64,000 bases of DNA, from positions 17,422,001 through 17,486,000 of the forward strand of contig OZ024762.1 of assembly GCA_964016885.1 (NCBI GenBank), read 5' to 3'. Below are positions 54,693 to 64,000 of this stretch, piece after piece. How positions within the stretch are numbered: position 1 is the stretch's first letter; the number at the start of each line of letters is the position of its first letter. Made by a program: the position numbers and the translations under genes. The stretch comes from Eledone cirrhosa. Its lineage: Eukaryota. The notes under the pieces were generated by a model. It was not told where the DNA came from. It searched no databases and worked only from the letters and a program-made list of their open reading frames with translations.

Positions 54693-55212
54693 GGTGTGTG
54701 TCCTTCTTTCTGCTGTCTTCCGTTTTTCGCTGCTATTTCTAAAGTGTCCATACATGCTAGAATTAGCAGTCAAATACACCAAACAAACTGCACACCCGCA
54801 AAATTTTTGCCTCGATTTTTGCGATTAAGTAAGACAAGAGTTATCTTTCTTGGCAAATTGTTAAAAAACTTTTGCCTGATTTTAAGCCAAACTTTTTTAA
54901 TGGCTGCCACTTCCGGTTTTTGTTGTGCGTCTACAGGACTGCAGTAAACCTGCTAGAAATAGCAGTCATGCAACACACTCACATATATTTATTTATGAGG
55001 GATTCTCAACGTGGGGTGCACGCCCCACAGGGGATAATTTGAATATAATAGGGGTCAACTTGAAAGTGATATAATACGACCAAGCTTCCAGATACACTTC
55101 GTATACACATGTTATCGTGTATCTGGCAGCACCTACGAGAAGTTTGTTTTGATCATCGCTGCATCGCAGCTTTGTTTAAATAAGGGGTTTCTACTTTATA
55201 TTACAGTAATAA
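53886..55212. repeat. long inverted repeat (unit 5)
   Basis: As in unit 1. Confidence 0.92.
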
Positions 55213-55352
55213 ATGTTTTACTTCGTCTACACATGTTATCGTGTATCCGGCAGCACCTATGGGCTGTTTGTTTACCGTTTGGTGTTTAATTTGATTATCG
55301 CTTCATAGCAGGTTTGTTTAATTAAAGGTTGCGAGGGGGATCACTGATATAA

Positions 55353-55383
<31 letters not shown>

Positions 55384-57681
55384 ACGCAAAGACACACACA
55401 TATATATACATACACCTGTGTGTATGTGTATGTGCGTGTCTTTGGTTGCTCTCTCTATATATATATCTCTCTCTCTCTCTCTTTCTCTCTGTGTATATAT
55501 ATACAGACACACACTGTTGTTTCCTAATTTTTAGTGCTGTCTCTAAAGTGTCTATTAATATATGCTAGAAATAGCAGTCAAGGGAACATTTACGTATATA
55601 TATGTAAGGGCAGTGACACCTGCTGCAACAACCATCCAACCTCGTGGGACTCCATCCTCAGACGGGCCACAGACACTCCAATGTTGCGGAGGAGCTCGGC
55701 TGTAATGGGTCCAAGTTGACCTGGGGTCTCGACGGCGGCTGGTGCGTATAGAAGAGGCTCCAGGACAAACACCGGAATTTGTTTATTTTATGTTCATCTG
55801 CGAGACGGGCAGCGATGCTGGGATTTGTGGATCTACCTCCTTCGAATGGGAAGAGGGTGATTCCCTCGGGGTGCTTGCCATCTCCGCGGCCTAGGCCTGC
55901 TGGCTCCTGTTGAGATGGAAAGTCAGCTGCGTCTAGGCTTCTTCTCATTATGTCGTTGAGAGCATTTATGTGGCTCACACACGCGGAGGCCAAGGCGTTG
56001 GGCTACTCCGATGCGAGTTCACTCATCATCAAGAATTTATTTGAATTGAAAGGTCACTAAACTAATATAGGAGTGTGATTTAAAAATAAGGTAAACAGAA
56101 ATAGTTACACCGGTAACATAATTACTGTTACACCGGTAGTTCACTAACAAATCATTTCACGTTCGTCTCTAACAGGTAATATTTTAATTTGCTCTCCATG
56201 TTTGGGAGTAACTGTAGTTTGGCTTGCTAGGGGTCATACATCTTCATACACATACACACATACATATATACATATGCATATATATAATTATATGTAAATT
56301 CAGCTCCGTATTTAGGAAATGAGGCCTGTTCTAGTTACGAGGCCCCTTTCTTGGGCTCAGTAGGATGTAGGCTTGTTAAAATAATTCTTTCGGTAGGAAG
56401 ATGGGCCCTTCTGTGTAGATTCCTTCCTTAATATTTCAGATAGGAGGGACCGTTTCTGTTGTCTTCCTTTAGTTGTTCATTCCTTATTTTCAGTAATGTC
56501 CTTTCCGACCATAATTATGTCGGCGACGTAAGCATAAGTCTAATTTATTCTTTAATGAAGGGTAGATCCTTCGATAGTGGAGGCCCGTGGTCTTACGATC
56601 ATATGTGTATTCGATTCCTGGACTGTGTTGTTAGTTGTTTTACTTGAGCAAAAACTTCATTTCACATAGGTGGGGGGTTAACCCTGCGATCGACTGACAT
56701 CATGTCCAGGGGGAAGTCATGTACTCTCAGTCTCTTTACGCTACAGGAACTGGGACAGGCACCTGCTTGAGCTGACTTTACACTTTGGAAATCCTTAGAT
56801 ATTCTTCTTGGTGATATATTTGTTAGCTTTGACTTTAATTCATCTGTTTACACCACTAATAATTCATAGATAGAAAAACGTTTGTGGCTTTAGTACACCT
56901 TTAAGCTTTAATTTCAATTACTGACTATGTCTAACGAAGTAATAACTGGAGCGACTAAACCAGGGTTTCCTAACCTGGTGATATCCACCACCGGTGGCTG
57001 ATTTCAACTTGGTCTCTTCGGCCACAAACCCAGGTACCGCGGCCCACGAAGGAAAGGAAGATAAACAAATATCAGAGGATTGTCCGGCTTCTTCCACTTG
57101 GCACCTGTAGCCACCATCACGTATAAGTATAAATATATATATATATATATATATACATATCTATCTATCTATCTATATATATATCATCATTTTCATTTTA
57201 CATCTGCTTTTCCCTGTTTGCAAGGGTGGGACATATATATATATATATATCATCCTCATTATACATCCACTTTTCCCTGCTTATAAGGGTGGGACAGATC
57301 CTCTTCAGCGCAGCATCTCTCCTTCACCATCTCCTCTGAGCTTCAACGATCTGAGGTCAGCTCTCACTACCTCTGCCCATATCTTCCTTGGTCTTCCTCT
57401 ACTGCATATTCCTCCCACTGGGATTACTTGGCACTTCTTCACCCTGCGGTAATCCTGCATACGCATCGCATGGCCATACCAACGCAGTCTTTTCTCCCGC
57501 ACACTGCAGTTTATCCTTCTTATAGAGTTTCACTTTCAACTCGTCCATACTTGGTCTTTCACGCACATTGACATTGCACATCCAATGGAGCATGCTTGCT
57601 TCATTTCTCTTCAGCCTTCGCATATCCTCTGCAGTTGCTGCCCATGTCTCACTACCATGCAACATTGTGCATCTCACACAG

Positions 57682-60003
57682 GGTTAAATACTTGCTCAGA
57701 GAGGAACAGACCCACTTTATCATGTATTTGACCATGGTTCTTGTTGATTGTCATGGCATATGACAGTCTTAATGGAAACTGGGGTCTTTCCAAAGTAAAA
57801 AGGATGTTGGCACCACTGGGAGCTAACTTCAGTCTTGGGATCAAAACACACCTGCCCATCAAAGGACCATAGATATGAGAAGCTTCGATAAAATGTTTAT
57901 GCAGTTCCACTACTTCTAATCTTGTGCCATTACATAATCTGTTCTGGATTGAAATATTCCATAGAAGCATTATTATTGATCCTGCTTTTAATTGGAGTTT
58001 GTGAGGCGGCATCCCAGAAGGTGTAAGCAAGTTCAGAAGTTCATTTAGCTTGAACCAGGCAGCAAGGGTAGTGTCTCGGTGTCCCTGTATTTCTACTGCA
58101 ACCTGAGCATTGCCTCTTTGAAAGTAAACTCTGTTTGTTCTCCAGCTGTGTGTCTAGTTTGTATACTGTATGTGATGTACCATGAAGCTTAAATTCCGAG
58201 AGACACGACACTGCTTCTGGCTGAGACACATACCTGCAACAAAGATAGGTTCTTATTTCATCATGGTTGTGTTGGTTCTGAGCCTTATTAGGTAATGCAT
58301 TATTCGTTACTTCTATAGTTGTACAATCATGCCCCATGTAACATATTTAAAGAGGTACTTGACACTTTTTACAGAAGGGCAAGCTTCAACATTAATATGT
58401 GCACAATATTTCTTAAGCAAAAAGGCATTAAATGGCACAACCTTCCTGTTATCTACTGAATGTCATCCAATTTACACTGCAGTTCCTGTACTCTGGGTAT
58501 CCATTTAGGTTCAATAATGTTTCCCTTCTGTAGGTTTATGGATAGTTCTTTTGGAAAAATCCATTTTGTATAAATGGGGAAAAAGGGTTTCCAGAACCAC
58601 ATGGCCCGTGGATCATAAACTTTTAAACCTGCTCAAGTAGTACTGGATCATCTTCCAATGCAGGTATTTCTGCTGACACGATTCTGTCAATGTCTTCTCT
58701 GTTTCTTATCTTGCCTTCATTTCTTAAGGCTCAGTGTTATCATCTGTTTAGATAATTCATTAAACCATTATACTCATCCACTCACAATTGGGCTTGATTG
58801 TTCCTCAAATATTGAAGCCTGCATCCCTCTACTTTCATATAGGCATCCACTAAATACTGCTAAAATAATTTACCTGCCCTATATATCGCACTAAATCCTC
58901 CTCTATATGCTATACAGTATATGTAATACTCCTGCATTGTCAGTCTATTGCAAACACAGGTCCTGCATTCCTCTCCATGTCACTATGCCACCAAAATTCA
59001 CCATTATGGGTCAGTCATGAGGTCCAAGTGGCATGAATTATGTGGTATTTTCTGAGGAGGATGGTCTTTAGGAAAGATGATAATATCTCTTTGTACAGGT
59101 GGTGTGCCTTCAATCCCCCACAAAACAACAGCTATCATTACTAGTTGGTAAATTATCGCAGCTCATATCTGATCCTCTTTTAAATCTTAATTCACAGTTC
59201 TGTACACGACAATTTCCTCTTCTTGCACTTTGCTGTTTGATGCCATGCATTGTATTGTACACTTCGACATATGGATTACATTCATGCAACACCTCTCTTA
59301 TCATAGTCATTTTTTGTGGTGAGCAGTCATTATTTGTTGGCACTAGGGCAGTGGATTGGCAGTATCGGTAGAGCGTCAGACACCATGCTTTGCAGCATAG
59401 GGTTATGGCCCATTACGTTCTGGGTCCAAATCCCTCCAAGGTTGACTTTGTTTTCATCCTTATGAGGTCGATAAATAAAGTACCAGTAATACACTGGAGT
59501 AATTGCTGACCTTGTGCCAGAAACAATTATTTGGTGGTACTTCCAATCTGTGCTACACAGCTTCATTCCCATCAATAATATATAACTGGCCATATTGTGG
59601 TGTATTTTCTGCAGGTTACAGAGGTGGGGGTGTAGTGATATGTTTGACCCTGAATATGAAAGCTATACGGGCCTCTGCCGGGTGGTAAGGCAAGTTTAAC
59701 ACGAAATGAAGTGAAATAAATGTAGTTTTAATTGCAGATGTTTCTGTGAAATCAACTGCTTCCTGGCCTCTTTCAAAGAGATTTCTCAGTCTCTCAGGGT
59801 ATATTTGTAATGGAGGCATCACAACCTTTCCTTTATTACAACAGTTACAATTTTCATTTCTAAATTTCAAAGCTCCACAGTGATCACACGAAACATTCAT
59901 ATCACTAATATGAAATTCTTCTACATTTCCATTAATATTAATTGTTGGCCAATTTCTCTTACGACGCTCATTATCCATTCTTCTCTGTCTGAATGTTTTC
60001 CAT
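57682..60003 (-). mobile_element. degenerate Helitron Rep/Hel (unit 5)
   Basis: Copy of 24338-26640. Confidence 0.88.
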
Positions 60004-60628
60004 TCTGTTGTTTATTATGTAATTAAATAGCTCTGTACAATACAGAGAGCGCTCTTCTTTTCTTTACCTTTTCTATGGAAATACAAGAACAAATATATAT
60101 ATATATATGTATATAAATAAACAAGACTGTTATTTCTCCAACCTGTCTATTTACCTTCGATAACTAAATATAAATACACCTATACCATACATACATATAC
60201 AATATTTGTTTTTGATGCCGTGGTATAGCAGAGATAAGCAAGAAGAGAAAAGAAAATGAAAAGGAGAAAAAAAAAGAACTAAGAAGTCGGGGGAGGGACA
60301 GACACTTCACCCCAGTCTAAGTGGTCCCTCAGCCGCAACTCGTGGAAGAAATGTAAAAGCGTTACCTCGGAGCAAGGCCAGAGACACCTGCTACAATAGT
60401 CGCCCTTCCTCACGAGGCTCCTGCCGTCTTTCCTCCCGACTTTATGGAGGAAATCAGCAGTACGGGGACCAAGTATGGCAGAGGTCTCAATGGAGTGGAA
60501 GAGGTGAGTCAGGCCTCGGTACTATCTTACTCTCCTCTGCATTGCGGGGTGTGGAGCCTAGGTTTGTGGCTGTAGCTATATTTGAACTTTTATATGAAAT
60601 TTCAGTTTTATATTTTTCACATCTTAAA

Positions 60629-62957
60629 ACTTAATCTTAGTCTTTTGCAGCTCATCTTGTTTCATCTCGCAGCACACGATTTGGGAACCACTGCTCTAGA
60701 GATAGAAAAAGTATATTTTATGCAGGGTTTCCCTGAGACATAAAAACTATTTCAAGAGATCGACATGGGTAGAAAGGTTGAGAAATGCTGCACAATGTTC
60801 TTTGGGTTTTGTTCACCTTTAAATAATCATGTATAAAATATCGGGTGTGCAAGATTTCATGAAAAGGTATAACATTATTTATGCTGATCTTGCAGGGACT
60901 AGCTCCAATTGAGAGTTGTACCAATTCCCACTAAACTCGAAACTCCTGGACAATATATACATATCTTTATAAGTTCCTGTGTATTGTGTCGCTGTATAAT
61001 GAAACATAAATATATACCATGCATGTCAGTCAGATTTGAACTCAGTATATTTGGCGTTTTATAGATATAATTTGTTTGTGAAAAGAATTGATTAAATAAT
61101 AACTAAATAAAATTAATTCTACAATCCTGGATAGGGAATGAACTTATAACTTCATAATAGAAACCATCTATTCGAGCAGTATTGCCACCAGGTTACTTAC
61201 AGAACTTCATTCAAATATAAAGTATAAAATATATGTCAGACAGTGAGTTCGAATCTAACTGATTAGTTGCCAACAGTTTAAATCGCCAACCGGTAGGTGA
61301 TATCGACTAGGTTGGGAAAACTTGGTTAAGTAGCTCCAGTTATTGCTACGTTAGACATATTCAAGACTTATCGAGACCGAATGGAAGAAAGGTAAAGTTG
61401 AAATCAGAGTAAAGAACTGGAAAAATACTGCAAAGAATTCTATCGGATGTTCTAACAATTCTACCAAATTACCTTATGTATATATATTTATATCTGGAGA
61501 TAAGAAGAAAACTGAAAGAAAGAAAAAAAAAAAAAAATGAAACTTTATATGTAACCCAGGATTGAAACCGAAACCAGGACCTCCACCATCTCTGGTATCA
61601 CCCACCAGACCACCAAGAAAGATACAAAAATCTGCTTTTTTAATATTTATAAGCCTACTTTCAATATTAAAGTAATTAACATGTGGTGTTGTTCATGCCT
61701 TTCTCTATGTTATTGGTAAAAAATAAAGTATTTAAACCTCAAATTTTGTTATTCAAATATGCTTGCTTATGTAATTATTAATGTCGCAGAATACACACGC
61801 ATATATAGATGTGAAAATATTCAGGACCCCAACGGCTGTGCTATTGCCGTTTCGACATCTATATATATATCTTTTAGTCCTAGGCTCTTTCAGCGCAGAA
61901 AGAATTCTCCAATGATCACAACCAGCTAATGGTGCCCAGTGGAAGCACTTTAGTCTAATTATAACCCCAACGATCACGACTAGCGGCGGCTTTTTCGAGT
62001 CTGAGGTTGACTGCCAGATATATATATATATATATTGTTATACTTTGCTAGAATCCCGGAGAACAACAGAAAGATGCTGAGTTCAGAGTATAAAAAACAA
62101 TAGAAAGAAGGGCATAAATAAATATATATCAGTGGTTTAAAACCTTCTCTGCACCATGTCCCACCACGACATTTAAAATATGTTTATGTCCCCCCTTTAA
62201 TATAAAAACAATCCGAGTCTTGTAAAAGTGTTATTACTGTAATATAAAGTAGAAACTGTTTATTTAAACAAAGCTGCGATGCAGCGATCATCAAAGCAAA
62301 CCCCGAAATGTCAACAAACTTCTCGCAGGTGCTGCCAGATACACGATAACGTGTATACGAAGTGTAACAGGGAGTTGGGTCGTATTATATCACTTTCAAA
62401 TTGACCCCTATTATATTCAAATTATCCCCTGTGGGGCGTGCACCCCACGTTGAGAATCCCTCATAAATAAATATATGTGAGTGTGTTGCTATGACTGCTA
62501 TTTCTAGCAGGTTTATTGCAGTCCTGTAGACGCACACCAAAAACCGGAAGTGGCAGCCATTAAAAAACTTTGGCTTAAAATCAGGCAAAAGTTTTTTAAC
62601 AATTTGCCAAGAAAGATAACTCTTGTCTTACTTAATCGCAAAAATCGAGGCAAATATTTTGCGGGTGTGCAGTTTGTTTGGTGTATTTGACTGCTTTTTC
62701 TAACATATATGGAAACTTTAGAAATAGCAGCGAAACACGGAAAACATAAGAAAGAAGGACACACACGTATATATATATATATTTAATTATGTATCTGTAT
62801 ATATATATATATACATATATATATGCACAGATATATATACATTTAAATATTTATATATATATACACGCGCGCACACACACCTATACGTAGATATGGGTGT
62901 GTGTATAGCTGGTATATATATATATATATATATATATGTATGGGTGAGTGTATAGCT

Positions 62958-63000
<43 letters not shown>

Positions 63001-64000
63001 GTATATATATATAGGTGTGTGTCCTTCTTTCTGCTGTCTTCCGTTTTTCGCTGCTATTTCTAAAGTGTCCATACATGCTAGAATTAGCAGTCAAATACAC
63101 CAAACAAACTGCACACCCGCAAAATTTTTGCCTCGATTTTTGCGATTAAGTAAGACAAGAGTTATCTTTCTTGGCAAATTGTTAAAAAACTTTTGCCTGA
63201 TTTTAAGCCAAAGTTTTTTAATGGCTGCCACTTCCGGTTTCTGTTGTGCGTCTACAGGACTGCAGTAAACCTGCTAGAAATAGCAGTCATAGCAACACAC
63301 TCACATATATTTATTTATGAGGGATTCTCAACGTGGGGTGCACGCCCCACAGGGGATAATTTGAATATAATAGGGGTCAACTTGAAAGTGATATAATACG
63401 ACCAAGCTTCCAGATACACTTCGTATACACATGTTATCGTGTATCTGGCAGCACCTACGAGAAGTTTGTTTTGATCATCGCTGCATCGCATCTTTGTTTA
63501 AATAAGGGGTTTCTACTTTATATTACAGTAATAAATGTTTTACTTCGTCTACACATGTTATCGTGTATCCGGCAGCACCTATGGGCTGTTTGTTTACCGT
63601 TTGGTGTTTAATTTGATTATCGCTTCATAGCAGGTTTGTTTAATTAAAGGTTGCGAGGGGGATCACTGATATAAATATATATATATAGAGAGAGAGAGAG
63701 AACGCAAAGACACACACATATATATACATACACGCAGACATACACCTGTGTGTATGTGTATGTGCGTGTCTTTGGCTGCTCTCTCTATATATATATATAT
63801 CTCTCTCTCTCTCTTTCTCTCTGTGTATATATATATAGACACACACTGTTGTTTCCCTATTTTTAGTGCCGTTTCTAAAGTGTCTATTAATATATGCTAG
63901 AAATAGCAGTCAAGGGAACATTTACGTATATATATGTAAGGGCAGTGACACCTGCTGCAACAACCATCCAACCTCGTGGGACTCCATCCTCAGACGGGCC
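60629..64000. repeat. array unit 6 (cut by window end)
   Basis: Same content up to the first CRE-like fragment. Confidence 0.9.
62231..63534. repeat. long inverted repeat (unit 6)
   Basis: As in unit 1. Confidence 0.92.

Larger units (their letters stand above)
52300..60628. repeat. array unit 5
   Basis: Same content and order. Confidence 0.9.
18966..64000. repeat. tandem array (macrosatellite) of ~8.33-kb units, 5 full + 1 partial
   Basis: The same landmark ORF recurs at 19055, 27357, 35698, 44092, 52389 and 60718 (spacings 8302, 8341, 8394, 8297, 8329); units start at ACTTAATCTTAGTC. Confidence 0.97.

Overview
AT-rich, microsatellite-laden animal genomic DNA. The SINE/RTE repertoire and (TA)n/(CA)n load suggest a coleoid cephalopod, probably an octopod (inference). 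1-12 kb: the last two coding exons of a NUDT17-like Nudix hydrolase gene (+ strand). Its introns and flanks hold RTE LINE fragments, partner tRNA-SINEs, Penelope-like remnants with two hammerhead ribozyme motifs and fold-back termini, a 67-bp minisatellite and long microsatellites. 12-19 kb: two diverged copies (plus an inverted fragment) of an unexplained module made of a long hairpin, a structured GC-rich core with colinear 5.8S rRNA-like blocks and conserved motifs, then an inverted Helitron fragment at a complex rearrangement junction. 18,966-64,000: a head-to-tail tandem array of ~8.33-kb units (5 full copies plus a partial one, running off the window). Each unit is a patchwork of dead Helitron, RTE, CRE-like and SINE fragments, nearly all on the minus strand, plus a ~1.3-kb palindrome whose arms co-vary within a unit. 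Most ORFs in the supplied track are microsatellite artefacts or decayed TE pieces.
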